Assembly (NCBI GenBank): GCA_963765575.1
Contig: CAVXWZ010000011.1
Coordinates: 160,001 to 224,000 of the forward strand
From: an uncultured cyanobacterium
GTDB taxonomy: Bacteria > Cyanobacteriota > Cyanobacteriia > PCC-6307 > Cyanobiaceae
DNA: 64,000 nt
Direction: 5' to 3'
Notes under the pieces: generated by a model
The model's input: the letters and a program-made list of their open reading frames with translations, nothing else
Database searches by the model: none
What the model was told of the DNA's origin: nothing
Made by a program: the position numbers and the translations under genes
In this document: piece by piece, positions 11,205 to 20,886 of the stretch
Numbering within the stretch: the stretch's first letter is position 1
Layout of the letters: each line of letters opens with the position of its first letter

Positions 11205-14200
11205 ATGCCAGAGGCCCCTGCAGCCGGGCAGTCTCACCAATTTGCAACGTTTGCGGCCGGCGGCCCCGAGCGCAGCCGCCTCGACCTGCAGCCCCTCTGG
11301 CACCGCACCGCCACCGCCACCTCCACCGATGCCGCCACCGATGCCGCGGCGCCTGCCGATGCCCTGGCCGATGCCGGCGCCGCCGCCGCCCCGGCCCTGG
11401 AGCACCCCTGGGGCGCCCGCCACCGCCCCGACTGGCATGCCCGCGGTCTGGTGATCTGGCCCCGTGGCGGCCAGGACTGCCGGCTGCGGCTCAGCCTGGC
11501 CTGCCCGCCCGCCTGGCGTGCCCTGCAGCAGCCGCGGCCGCAGGTGCAGGCCCGGCTGGCGCTGTGCTGGTGGGCCGAGGCCATGGAGCTGCGCGTCGAT
11601 GGTGCGCTGGTGCACAGCGGCGATCTCTTCGACAGCAGCTGCCGCTGGCTGCTGCCAGCGACCTGGTGGCAGGGGCGGCCGCTGCAGCTGGAGCTGCGCC
11701 TGCGCAGCCCCAGCCATGACGACGGTGCCCTGATCCACAGCTGCCTGGAGCTCGAACCCCTTGAGGCGGCCGACCCCCTCGGCGTGCTCGACCCGCAGCG
11801 GCAGCACCTGCGCGAGCTGCGCCGCGGGGCGGGGGTGGCTGAGCTGCCCCAGGCCGGCGACGGCTTCCACGTGCTCGGCCATGCCCACCTCGATCTGGCC
11901 TGGTTGTGGCCGGTGGCCGACACCTGGCAGGCGGCCGAGCGCACCTTCGCCTCGGCCCTCGATCTGATGCAGCGCTTCGAGGCGCTGCACTTCGCCCACT
12001 CCACCCCCGCCCTCTATGCCTGGCTGGAGCAGCACCGGCCCCGGCTCTGGGAGCGGCTGCGGCAGGCCGTGGTCGCGGGCCGCTTCGAGCCCGTCAACGG
12101 CCCCTGGGTGGAGAGCGACTGCGTGCTGATCAGCACCGCCTCACTGCTGCGGCAGTTCCAGCTCGGGCAGCACGACAGCCGTGCCCGTTTTCCCGGCCTC
12201 GACCACCGGCTCGCCTGGCTGCCGGACAGCTTCGGTTTCGCTGCCGGACTGCCGGCGGTGGCTGCGGCCACCGGTGTGCGCTGGTTTTGCACCCACAAAT
12301 TGTTCTGGAACGCCACCACCCCCTTCCCCCATCGCCTGTTCCGCTGGCGCGCCCGCTGCGGCGCCGAGCAGCTGGCCCTGATGACGGCACCGATCGGCAC
12401 TGGTGGCGACCCGCTGACGATGGAGCGCCAGCGGCTGGCGTGGCAGCGGGCCACGGGCCTGGGGGAGCTGCTCTGGCTGCCGGGGGTGGGGGACCACGGC
12501 GGCGGCCCCACGGCGGAGATGCTGGAGCAGCTGCAGCTCTGGAACCGCCAGCCCGAGGCGGCACCCCAGCGCCACGGCAGCCTGCGCACCTACCTGGCCG
12601 GCCTCGAAGCCCACGCCCCCCAACTGCCGGTGTGGCGCGATGAGCTCTACCTGGAGCTGCACCGCGGCTGCGCCACCACCCGCCCCGATCAGAAGCGCCA
12701 CAACCGCAGCCTCGAGCGGCTGTTGCGACAGGCGGAGCTGGCTGCGGTGCTGGCCGGGTGCGGCGCCGGCGGGGCGGAGCTGGCAGCCGACTGGCGGCCG
12801 CTGCTGTTCCAGCAGTTCCACGACATCCTGCCCGGCACCGCCATCCCGGAGGTGTTCGAGCAGGCCGAGCCCCAGTGGCGCTCAGCCCGGCGCCAGGCCC
12901 GGCGCAGCCGTGATCAGGGCCTGGCTGGCTGGCTTGCCGGCTCCTGCTGGTGGGCCGTGCAGCTGCAGCCACTGGCCAGCCGCCGGCCCACCCTGCGCCT
13001 GCCCGCCGGTCGCTGGCTGGCCGGTGATCGTCCGCTCCCCAGCCAGCCCGCGGCGGCCGGCGGCACCTGGGTGCAGCTGCCGCCTCAGGCCGGCATCAGC
13101 GCCCAGCCCCTGCGGCGCCTGCCGCCCGCCGCCGGGCCGCAGGAGCCGCTGCAGGCCCAGGCGCCGGTGTGGGTGGACGGACGCCGTGCCGGCAACGGCA
13201 GCGTCAGCCTGGAGCTGGGCCCCGCCGGCATCGAGCAGTTGTTCGATGCCGGCGGCAGCCCCCAGCTGGCGGCGCCCCTGGCCTGGTGCCGCTATGCCGA
13301 TCGGGGCGAATTCTGGGATGCCTGGGACATTGCCGCCGACTACCGCAGCCACCCCCTGTCCTGGCGCTGGCAGGGCGAGCCCCAGTGGCGGGAGCGGGGA
13401 CCGCTCTGCGCCAGCTTCCTCTGGCGCGGTTGTTGCGGTGCCAGCCGGGTGCGTCTCGATGGGCGGCTGCTGGCGGGCAGCCCCTGGCTGGAGCTGGTGC
13501 TGAGCATCGACTGGCGCCAGCGCCACGAGCTGTTGCGCCTGGAGCTGCCGCTGGCGGAGCCGGCCGATCGCTGGGCGGCCGACACCAGCGGGGGAGTGCT
13601 GGAGCGGCCAGCCGAACCGCTCACCCCGCGGGAGCGGGCGCGCTGGGAGGTGGCGGCGATCAGCTGGATGGCCTCCTGCAGCCCCGGCGGCGGCCTGGCG
13701 CTGCTGCTCGACGGCCCCCAGGGGGTGTCGGCCCGAGCTGATCGCCTGGGGGTGTCGCTGCTGCGGGCGCCCACCTGGCCCGATCCCGGCGCCGACAACG
13801 GCTGGCAGCGCCTGCGGATCGCCCTGCTGCCCTGTGCGCCGGGCTGGCGGCAGGCGGGGGTGCCGGAGCAGGCCCAGGCCTTCCGCGAACCGCTGCTGCT
13901 GCATGCCGCTGGCCCGGGCGGCGCCGGCCCTGGCCCCAGCGCTGCGGCGCTCCGCCAGGCCATGTCGCCGCTGCCGTCGGGGGTGCAGCTGTTGGGGCTG
14001 AGGCCCCTGGAGGGCGGGGCGGCGGTGCTCAGCCTGCTCAACAGCACCCCCTGCCGTCAGCTGCTGGATCTGGGCCCGAGCTGGGACATCGAGGCCCGCC
14101 TGGACGGGCTGGATCAGCCGCAGCCCCGGAGTCAGCCGCGGCCCCAGAGTCCAAGCCTGGGCCAGGACCCGGACCGGCCGGCTCAGCTGCGGCTGCGGCC

Positions 14201-14237
14201 GTGGGAACTGGGCTTCTGGCGGATCAGGGCCCGCTGA
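11205..14237 (+). CDS. Alpha-mannosidase (GH38)
   Basis: GHAHLDLAWLWP, WLPDSFG, GVGDHGGGP, ELYLELHRG, QQFHDILPG. Confidence 0.92.
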   Translation: MPEAPAAGQSHQFATFAAGGPERSRLDLQPLWHRTATATSTDAATDAAAPADALADAGAAAAPALEHPWGARHRPDWHARGLVIWPRGGQDCRLRLSLACPPAWRALQQPRPQVQARLALCWWAEAMELRVDGALVHSGDLFDSSCRWLLPATWWQGRPLQLELRLRSPSHDDGALIHSCLELEPLEAADPLGVLDPQRQHLRELRRGAGVAELPQAGDGFHVLGHAHLDLAWLWPVADTWQAAERTFASALDLMQRFEALHFAHSTPALYAWLEQHRPRLWERLRQAVVAGRFEPVNGPWVESDCVLISTASLLRQFQLGQHDSRARFPGLDHRLAWLPDSFGFAAGLPAVAAATGVRWFCTHKLFWNATTPFPHRLFRWRARCGAEQLALMTAPIGTGGDPLTMERQRLAWQRATGLGELLWLPGVGDHGGGPTAEMLEQLQLWNRQPEAAPQRHGSLRTYLAGLEAHAPQLPVWRDELYLELHRGCATTRPDQKRHNRSLERLLRQAELAAVLAGCGAGGAELAADWRPLLFQQFHDILPGTAIPEVFEQAEPQWRSARRQARRSRDQGLAGWLAGSCWWAVQLQPLASRRPTLRLPAGRWLAGDRPLPSQPAAAGGTWVQLPPQAGISAQPLRRLPPAAGPQEPLQAQAPVWVDGRRAGNGSVSLELGPAGIEQLFDAGGSPQLAAPLAWCRYADRGEFWDAWDIAADYRSHPLSWRWQGEPQWRERGPLCASFLWRGCCGASRVRLDGRLLAGSPWLELVLSIDWRQRHELLRLELPLAEPADRWAADTSGGVLERPAEPLTPRERARWEVAAISWMASCSPGGGLALLLDGPQGVSARADRLGVSLLRAPTWPDPGADNGWQRLRIALLPCAPGWRQAGVPEQAQAFREPLLLHAAGPGGAGPGPSAAALRQAMSPLPSGVQLLGLRPLEGGAAVLSLLNSTPCRQLLDLGPSWDIEARLDGLDQPQPRSQPRPQSPSLGQDPDRPAQLRLRPWELGFWRIRAR

Positions 14238-14261
14238 TCAATCTCCGCGAGCGTTGATCAG
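14234..14261. terminator. Inverted repeat between convergent mannosidase and psbN, possible terminator hairpin
   Basis: ctgatcaa...ttgatcag 8-bp arms; no U-tract. Confidence 0.35.
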
Positions 14262-14269
14262 GTCTCGAT

Positions 14270-14419
14270 CTAGTCCTCGTGGTCGTCGAAGGGGTCGCTG
14301 AGGGCCTTGGAGGGTGGACCGAAGGCCTGGTACACGCCGAAACCGGTGAGTGCCAGCAGCACCGCCAGCACGGCGAGGGCGATGGACAGCGCGGGTGAAC
14401 TGGTGCTGCTGGGATCCAT
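14270..14419 (-). CDS. psbN: PSII assembly factor PsbN
   Basis: [26 protein letters not shown]; divergent from psbH. Confidence 0.96.
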   Translation of the reverse strand: MDPSSTSSPALSIALAVLAVLLALTGFGVYQAFGPPSKALSDPFDDHED

Positions 14420-14506
14420 GGCAGTGAGCTGCTGCGGCACGCCGCGCCGGTGATGTCCCGTACAGTAGGTGCAGCGAATTTCTGCGCGCGAGGCCCGCTC
14501 CTTCCC

Positions 14507-14707
14507 ATGTCTCAACGCACCCGTCTCGGCGACATCCTCCGCCCCCTCAACTCCGAGTACGGCAAGGTCGTTCCCGGCTGGGGCACCACCCCGGTGATGG
14601 GCGTGTTCATGCTGCTCTTCCTGGTCTTCCTGCTGGTGATCCTGCAGCTGTACAACCAGTCGCTGCTGCTGGAAGGCATCAATGTCAATTGGAACGGCGC
14701 CGGCTGA
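14507..14707 (+). CDS. psbH: Photosystem II protein PsbH
   Basis: [29 protein letters not shown]. Confidence 0.97.
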   Translation: MSQRTRLGDILRPLNSEYGKVVPGWGTTPVMGVFMLLFLVFLLVILQLYNQSLLLEGINVNWNGAG

Positions 14708-14728
14708 GTTCCGCCCCACCGGCCTGTC

Positions 14729-15084
14729 ATGAACGTCTTCGGTATCGGTCTTCCCGAGATGGCGGTGATCGCCGCCATCGCCCTGCTGGTCTTCGGTCCG
14801 AAGCGGCTGCCGGAGATGGGCCGCAGCCTCGGTCGCACCCTCAAGGGCTTCCAGAGCGCCTCCTCGGAATTTGAGAATGAATTCCGCTCTGCCCTCTCCA
14901 CGGTTGAGGCTGCAGGGGCAACGGAGTCTTCCTCCCCGAACTGGCGCCTTCCGAGCCGGCTCCTGCCGAGGCGGCGCCTCCCGAGGCAGTGTCTTCCCAG
15001 CCGGCGATGACGGAGCTTCCGGCACGGGATCAAGACGACGCGGCCGCGGCCGCCACGGCTGGCGGCGAGACGCCATTGGCTTGA
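14729..15084 (+). CDS. tatA: Twin-arginine translocase TatA/E; apparent 1-bp deletion near 14935
   Basis: GIGLPEMAVIAAIALLVFGPKRLPEMGRSLG. As written it stops at 15010; adding one C in cctccccgaa gives an acidic Pro/Ala tail (PELAPSEPAPAE...GGETPLA) ending at 15084, just before pth. Confidence 0.9.
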
Positions 15085-15089
15085 CCGCC

Positions 15090-15713
15090 ATGGCGACCGC
15101 TGGCCCCGGCTTGGCACTGCTGGTGGGGCTGGGCAACCCGGGGTCGCGCTACCGCGACACCCGCCACAACGTGGGCTTCATGGCCCTGGAGCGGCTGGCC
15201 GCCGAGTCGGGAGCCAGCTTCCGCCAGCAGGCCAAGCTCCATGGCCTGCTGGCGGAGGTGGGTCAGGGCCAGCAGCGCCTGCGCCTGCTGATGCCCCAGA
15301 CCTTCATGAACGACAGCGGCCGCTCGATCCGCGCCGCCCTGGACTGGTTCAGCCTGCAGCCGGCCCAGCTGTTGGTGGTGGTCGATGACATGGATCTGCC
15401 CCTGGGACGCCTGCGCCTGCGCGTCCGTGGCAGTGCCGGCGGCCATAACGGTCTGCGCAGCACCATCAGCCACCTCGGCAGCGAAGACTTTCCCCGGCTG
15501 CGCATCGGCATCGGCGCACCGGCCGAGAATCCCGTCGAACGGCGGCAGCGCACCGTGGGCCATGTGCTCGGTCGCTTCGCCCCGGCCGAACAGCCGCTGC
15601 TGGAGGATGTGCTGAGCGAGGTCACGGCCGGCATCGGCCTGATCCAGCGCCTGGGGTTGGAGCGGGCCGGTAACCGTTTGAACGGTTTCCGGGTCCAGGC
15701 TGCGCCAGCCTGA
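15090..15713 (+). CDS. pth: Peptidyl-tRNA hydrolase
   Basis: LLVGLGNPG, TRHNVGF, PQTFMNDSG, GSAGGHNGL. Confidence 0.96.
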   Translation: MATAGPGLALLVGLGNPGSRYRDTRHNVGFMALERLAAESGASFRQQAKLHGLLAEVGQGQQRLRLLMPQTFMNDSGRSIRAALDWFSLQPAQLLVVVDDMDLPLGRLRLRVRGSAGGHNGLRSTISHLGSEDFPRLRIGIGAPAENPVERRQRTVGHVLGRFAPAEQPLLEDVLSEVTAGIGLIQRLGLERAGNRLNGFRVQAAPA

Positions 15714-15717
15714 CGCC

Positions 15718-15975
15718 ATGGCCCGCCTCCCCGCCACCACCGCCCAGCTGCGCGTGCTGCACCAGAGCTTCAGCAGCCGCCTGCTGGAGGGGGAGGTGAC
15801 GGCTGGGACCTTTTGCTGGACCTTCTGCTGGGCCTTCGATCGCGGCGAGCTCAGCGTTGAACCCTCCCTGGGCCGCGCCCTGATCCAGGACGCCCTGCTG
15901 CGCTTCCTGCTGCGGGCCGACTACCAGCTTGAGCCCGGTGGCGACTACGCCTTCACGGTGCGGGCGCGCTTCTGA
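15718..15975 (+). CDS. Conserved cyanobacterial protein (DUF3146-like)
   Basis: LPATTA...LSVEPSLGRALIQDALLRFL...YQLEPGGDY. Confidence 0.75.
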   Translation: MARLPATTAQLRVLHQSFSSRLLEGEVTAGTFCWTFCWAFDRGELSVEPSLGRALIQDALLRFLLRADYQLEPGGDYAFTVRARF

Positions 15976-16417
15976 GCGGCGGCAGCTGCCGCCACACCGC
16001 CAGTGGCGGGCGCCGCAACTCCCCGCCCAGGTGGCGCTCCAGCAGCAGTTGCGCCACCACGTCATCGATGTCGCGGGGGGGCAGCCGCAGCCCGGCCGGC
16101 AGCCAGCGCCGCCAGTGCCGCCGCCCATCGAGATCCCAGTAGCGGCGCCGCGCCTCCAGGGTGGTGCCGTGCTCGTCCACCAGCTGCACGTCCAGCCCCA
16201 GCGCCGCCAACCGCTGCGGCCAGCCGGCGCTGCCGGTGCCGTTGCCGAGCACCACGCTGGCCAGTCCCTGCTGGCGCCAGCGATCGATCAGCTCTGCGCT
16301 GGCCTGCGGGGACAGGACCGCCGCCGCCAGCAGGGTGCGGCGGTCGCCATCAGCCAGCACCAGGCCGCACTTGCTGCGGCCGGGGTCCAGTCCCGCCAGC
16401 TGGCCATGACCTGTCAT
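15953..16417 (-). CDS. YqgF/RuvX-like RNase H-fold nuclease
   Basis: GLDPGRSKCG, LGNGTGS, VDEHGTTLEAR, DDVVAQLL. Confidence 0.85.
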   Translation of the reverse strand: MTGHGQLAGLDPGRSKCGLVLADGDRRTLLAAAVLSPQASAELIDRWRQQGLASVVLGNGTGSAGWPQRLAALGLDVQLVDEHGTTLEARRRYWDLDGRRHWRRWLPAGLRLPPRDIDDVVAQLLLERHLGGELRRPPLAVWRQLPPLRSAPAP

Positions 16418-17685
16418 GGGCGCTGGGGCCGGGCGCCGCGCACCTGCTGTTGCACCAGGCGCAGCTCAACGCTGATCGGATCGGGCGTGTCGGCATCGCG
16501 CAGCACCACCGCCTGCAATTGCAGCACCTGGCTGCTGGGCTGGGCGGCCATGGTGCGCACCAGGGTGCTGAAGGCCGCCGGGTCGACCTGCAGCCCATCG
16601 ACGATCGTGCCCTGGCGCTGCGCCTGTCCGTAGGCCTGGGCCAGCAGCAGGTTGAGGCGCCGGCTCAGCAGGTCGGGGCTGCGCAGATCGCCCTCGATGG
16701 TGGTGCTGGCCAGCACCTCGCCAGCGCGCACCACCCGGCGGTTGGGGCGCAGGTCGGGGAACACCAGCACCTGCTGCTCGCCGCGCAGCACGTTGGCGGC
16801 GGAGCGGATGCTCACCACCCAGCTGCCCGGCCGTTTGAGCATCTCTTCGAGTCGGTTGATGTCGGCGGTGGGCACCAGCAGGATCTGTCGATCCGGGGGT
16901 TCGCCGGGGCGCACCCGCCGAAAGGCGCTGAGGTTGGCCTGCTGCAGCAGCGCATCGATCACCTCGCGCGCCTGCTGCGGCCGCTCCAGGCGCACCTTGG
17001 CGCTGGCCAGCTGTTCGCCGCTGGTGAGCACCACATCGCCGCGGCGCAGGGCGATCAGGTTCTCCTCCAGCTCCACCAGCTCGCGGCTGCCGGCATCGAT
17101 GCGCTGGCGCAGTTCCGCCAGTTCGCTCTCCCGGCGCTTGATCTCGGCGTCACGCTGGGCCACGTCCTGGCCCAGCCGTTCCCGTTCCCCCAGCAGCCGG
17201 CCGCGCTCGGCCTGCAGCCGGTCACGCTCCCCCTCCAGCCGGTCACGCGCCTCCTCCAGGCGGGCCCGTTCTGCCCGCAGTGGAGCCAGTTCATCGCGCA
17301 GGGCGGCGGCCCGCTGCTCCGCCTTTGCCAGCTCCCGCTGCACCCGCTGCTGACCCAGCTGGGCGCGTGCCACCTCAGCCTGACTGGCCTGCAGTTCGTC
17401 ACGGCTGTCCTCGAGCTGATTGCGGCTGGTGCGCAGCCGTTCCTCAATGCGATCCAGTTCGAACAGCCCGCGGCGCAGCCGCTCGCTCACCATCAGCATC
17501 AGCCCCAGCGACACGGCGCTGATGAGGCTGCCCGTGAGCACGGTGATCACCACGGCGGTGTTGCGCGGCCGCAGCCCGAAGAGGCTGAGCCGCGCCTTGC
17601 CCACACGGCTGCCGAGGCGGTCGCCCAGGGTGGAGAGCACACCCCCGAGCACCAGCAGCGCCAGGATCAGCAGCCAGCCCGACAC
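16414..17685 (-). CDS. DUF3084 coiled-coil membrane protein
   Basis: GDRLGSRVGKARLSLFGLRPRNTA, then long heptad repeats; downstream of ntcA. Confidence 0.85.
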   Translation of the reverse strand: MSGWLLILALLVLGGVLSTLGDRLGSRVGKARLSLFGLRPRNTAVVITVLTGSLISAVSLGLMLMVSERLRRGLFELDRIEERLRTSRNQLEDSRDELQASQAEVARAQLGQQRVQRELAKAEQRAAALRDELAPLRAERARLEEARDRLEGERDRLQAERGRLLGERERLGQDVAQRDAEIKRRESELAELRQRIDAGSRELVELEENLIALRRGDVVLTSGEQLASAKVRLERPQQAREVIDALLQQANLSAFRRVRPGEPPDRQILLVPTADINRLEEMLKRPGSWVVSIRSAANVLRGEQQVLVFPDLRPNRRVVRAGEVLASTTIEGDLRSPDLLSRRLNLLLAQAYGQAQRQGTIVDGLQVDPAAFSTLVRTMAAQPSSQVLQLQAVVLRDADTPDPISVELRLVQQQVRGARPQRP

Positions 17686-17753
17686 GACCTTGCTCGAACA
17701 GGCTCAGTATCTCGCGGCGGCAGGGGATCTTCCCGCCGCCGGGCGCTCGTGGT

Positions 17754-18494
17754 TCAGCTGAAACGCTTGGCCAGGGCGATCGGATCGAACACGGTGATCT
17801 TCTTGCGGTCGATCTGCAGCAGGCCCTCCTGACGCAGATCGCCCAGCAGCCTGGTGATCGTGACCCGGGTGGAGCCGATCGCCTCGGCGATCGCCTGGTG
17901 GGAAAGGCGCAGATCGATCGTGATCCCCTCGCTGCCGGGCAGGCCGAAGTCGCGGCAGAGCACCAGCAGGAAGCTCACCAGCCGCGAGCTCATGTCGCGA
18001 TGGGTGAGGGTTTCGATCATCGTCTCGGTCTGCAGGATCCGCGAGGAGAGGCCCTGGAGCAGCAGCAGCCCCACGCTGGCGTCCAGCTCGATCGCCTTGC
18101 GCAGCGAGGTGGCCGGGGCGGTGATCAGCTCCACCCGGGTGAAGGCGATGGCGTGATAAAAGCGGTCGGAGCGCTGGCCGGTGAGCAGGGAGAGCACGCC
18201 AAACAGGCTGTTCTCCCGCAGCAGGGCCACGGTGATTTCCTCGCCGCTCTCGTAGACCCGCGACAGCCTGACGGCGCCGCGGCGCAGCAGATAGACGCGC
18301 TCGGCGGGATCGCCGGGGAAGAAGATCGTCTTGCCGCGCTCGATGGTTTCGTTGTTGCTGCCGCTCAGACCCCGCATCACCTCCAGCAGGGTGGTGCTGT
18401 CCTGGGCTCCGCTGCCGATGGTGGTCACGGCACCCGGGGTTCCGGAGGAGGGGGTGCTGGCGGTACGGCTGAAGCCGCGGGTGGCGCCGACCAT
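17754..18494 (-). CDS. ntcA: Global nitrogen regulator NtcA (CRP family)
   Basis: [43 protein letters not shown]. Confidence 0.98.
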   Translation of the reverse strand: MVGATRGFSRTASTPSSGTPGAVTTIGSGAQDSTTLLEVMRGLSGSNNETIERGKTIFFPGDPAERVYLLRRGAVRLSRVYESGEEITVALLRENSLFGVLSLLTGQRSDRFYHAIAFTRVELITAPATSLRKAIELDASVGLLLLQGLSSRILQTETMIETLTHRDMSSRLVSFLLVLCRDFGLPGSEGITIDLRLSHQAIAEAIGSTRVTITRLLGDLRQEGLLQIDRKKITVFDPIALAKRFS

Positions 18495-18517
18495 GGACCA
18501 GGCATGGATGTGGCGAA

Positions 18518-18559
18518 ACCCTAAAGATCGAGCCCGAGGTCACTTGTAGCAACGCACAC
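18518..18559 (-). promoter_or_regulatory. NtcA-activated promoter of ntcA: GTG-N8-TAC, N22, TAGGGT
   Basis: Minus strand GTGTGCGTTGCTAC (18559-18546), exactly 22 nt, then a TAN3T -10 box (18523-18518). Confidence 0.8.
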
Positions 18560-18699
18560 CAATCGTTGCCCCCGGCGGGCGCGGGTGGGCCAGGGCTGGG
18601 GCGCTCCGGCACTGGTACGTCTGTTCTCCACCACCGGTGGTGTGCGGACGTTGTGATCGGCCCCAAAGCCGCTACATTCAGCTCCGTCCTCCCCACGCC

Positions 18700-19353
18700 A
18701 TGACCGCCAGCCTCCCCTCCGGCCGCGGCGCCCTGCCCCCTGCTGCTGCTGGTGCTGGTGCGGGCCATGCCCATGGGGCGAGGCCCGCGGGCGTGGCGGC
18801 TGTGGCTCCGCTGGGCGGCGGCCGCCATCTACGCCCGGCGCCGGCAGCCACGCCTTTGCGGCTGGTGGCCCAGCCCGAGGGGCTGCTGCAGATCCACACC
18901 GCGCCCTACCGCGGCAGTTTTTCGGCGGTGCTCAGCCAGGCCCTGCGCACGGCCGGTCTCGGCAGCCGGGTGCTGGTGTGCCAGTTCCTCAAGGGCGGCG
19001 TCAACCAGGGCGTGGAGGCCGGCCCCAGCCTCTGCGGCCGGCTGCGCTGGCTGCGGCCGGCCGCAGAGGCCTGCCTGTCCGGACCGGCCTGCGACCACGA
19101 GCCGGCGGTGCGCGAGGCGGTGCGCGAGGTGTGGGCGTTCAGCCGCGACCAGTTGCTGGCGGCGGCGGTGGATCTGATGGTGCTCGATGAGCTGGGCCTG
19201 GCGATCGAGCTGGGTTTCCTGGAGGCCGAGGAGGTGCTCACGGTGCTTGAGCAGCGTCCGGCACCGATGGATGTCATCCTCACCGGTCCGCCGATGGCGC
19301 CGGAACTGATGGCCCTGGCCGATCAGGTCACCCAGCTGCGCCGCGGCCTCTGA
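18700..19353 (+). CDS. Cob(I)yrinic acid a,c-diamide adenosyltransferase-like protein (CobO/BtuR family)
   Basis: GLLQIHT, QFLKGG, MVLDELGLA, DVILTG. Confidence 0.8.
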   Translation: MTASLPSGRGALPPAAAGAGAGHAHGARPAGVAAVAPLGGGRHLRPAPAATPLRLVAQPEGLLQIHTAPYRGSFSAVLSQALRTAGLGSRVLVCQFLKGGVNQGVEAGPSLCGRLRWLRPAAEACLSGPACDHEPAVREAVREVWAFSRDQLLAAAVDLMVLDELGLAIELGFLEAEEVLTVLEQRPAPMDVILTGPPMAPELMALADQVTQLRRGL

Positions 19354-19365
19354 ACGCCACCATCG

Positions 19366-19959
19366 ATGCTCAAGAACGACCGTTGGATCAAGGAGCAGGC
19401 CGCCGAGGGGATGCTGGAGCCGTTTCAGCGCAACCTGGTGCGCCACCTCGACCCCGACAACGCGGCCGAGCCGGTGCTGAGCTTCGGCTGCTCCTCCTAT
19501 GGCTACGACCTGCGCCTCTCCGCCCAGGAATTTCTGATCTTCCGCCACGTGCCGGGCACGGTGATGAACCCCAAGCGGTTCAATCCGGCCAACCTGGAGC
19601 CGGCACCGCTGCATGACGATCCCGATGGCCGTTACTTCATCCTGCCGGCCCATTCCTACGGCCTGGGCGTGGCCCTGGAGAAGCTGCGGGTGCCCGCCAA
19701 CATCACCGTGATCTGTCTCGGCAAGAGCACCTATGCCCGGCTGGGCATCATCGTGAACACCACGCCGGCGGAGGCCAGCTGGGAGGGCCACCTGACGCTG
19801 GAGTTCAGCAATTCCTCCGGCGCCGACTGCCGCATCTATGCCGGCGAGGGGATCTGCCAGCTGCTGTTCTTCGAGGGTGATCCCTGCGACACCACCTACA
19901 AGGACCGGGCCGGGAAATATCAGCACCAGCCGGAACGGGTGACGCTGGCCCGGATCTGA
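19366..19959 (+). CDS. dcd: dCTP deaminase
   Basis: SSYGYDLRL, GKSTYARLG, WEGHLTLE, GKYQ. Confidence 0.96.
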   Translation: MLKNDRWIKEQAAEGMLEPFQRNLVRHLDPDNAAEPVLSFGCSSYGYDLRLSAQEFLIFRHVPGTVMNPKRFNPANLEPAPLHDDPDGRYFILPAHSYGLGVALEKLRVPANITVICLGKSTYARLGIIVNTTPAEASWEGHLTLEFSNSSGADCRIYAGEGICQLLFFEGDPCDTTYKDRAGKYQHQPERVTLARI

Positions 19960-20121
19960 GACCAGGAGCCTGATGCAGCGAGGTCCTGGGGCGGCGCCAC
20001 CCAAAACAGACGTGTTGCAATGGGACACAGGCGAGGAGTCAGGGAACCACGATCAAGGCAGCTGCCAGCCAGGCCTGAGTGCTAACTTGCCGTCGAATAA
20101 ATTTTGCTTGTCGACGAGCGC

Positions 20122-20827
20122 ATGCATCGATCCACTGTCGTGGCAAGTGCTGCTGCTGGCTTCGCCGCAGCCGGATTGGCCCTGGTGCCGGCCCCGGCGT
20201 TCGCATTGATCACCATCGCTGATAACATCACTGGTACTTCCAGCTTTGGGGGCATTGCCGCTAATAGCCGTGCCCAGCAGTTCAATACGGGGCAACGCAA
20301 GGCTGATCACGAGTATCAATCTCCTTCTCTCAAATACTGGTCCCTCGACCGGATCAATCCAGGTTTTTCTGTTGGAATCGACCCTGGGAACCCCGCCGAC
20401 TGTTGTTACCCCTCCCCTCGCTTCGGCAACGCTCCCTGTCGCGCCTGGTAATGGAATCTTGGTTGGCGGTAATTTGTCAACCCCAGTCGCGGTCGAAAAA
20501 AATACAAACTACTACGTCGGCGCCCTCACCGCCAGCTCTAATGTTCTATGGAACATATCTATTTCGCCTGGCAACCCTGCTGCTGGCCTGCCGATTGCTT
20601 ATCAGCAATGTAGCCCAGTCTGTGGAGATCCTCAATCAACTCCGGCACGTGATCCGCTGTATCTCCAGCTCCAGGTGCAAGGCGTCCCAGCCCCAGCTCC
20701 AATCTTCGGCCCAGTTGTGTTGGCAGCGTTGACGGGCCCCATTCGCAGGCTCAGAAAGCGACTGCATGACCACGAAGCTGAGTTGGCCAGCTTGGTGTGT
20801 GATCGATCCGGCGGCGCGGCGGTCTGA
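20122..20827 (+). CDS. Secreted surface protein with VPAP (PEP-CTERM-like) tail; 1-bp frameshift in the G-run near 20290
   Basis: Signal peptide ending PAFA. Removing one G from aatacggggcaac joins RAQQFNTG to NARLITSINLLL; the tail reads VPAPAPIFGPVVLAALTGPIRRLRKRL. Confidence 0.75.
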
Positions 20828-20886
20828 GCAAGTCCAGGCCCCTGGCTTTCTGCCCAGCTGGGTTCTGCCCGCTGGCCTGCTGACGC

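Noticed and set aside
17150..17300. 21-bp periodic repeats that could suggest a CRISPR or repeat array
   Set aside because: They encode coiled-coil heptads within DUF3084. There are no unique spacers and no cas genes in the window.
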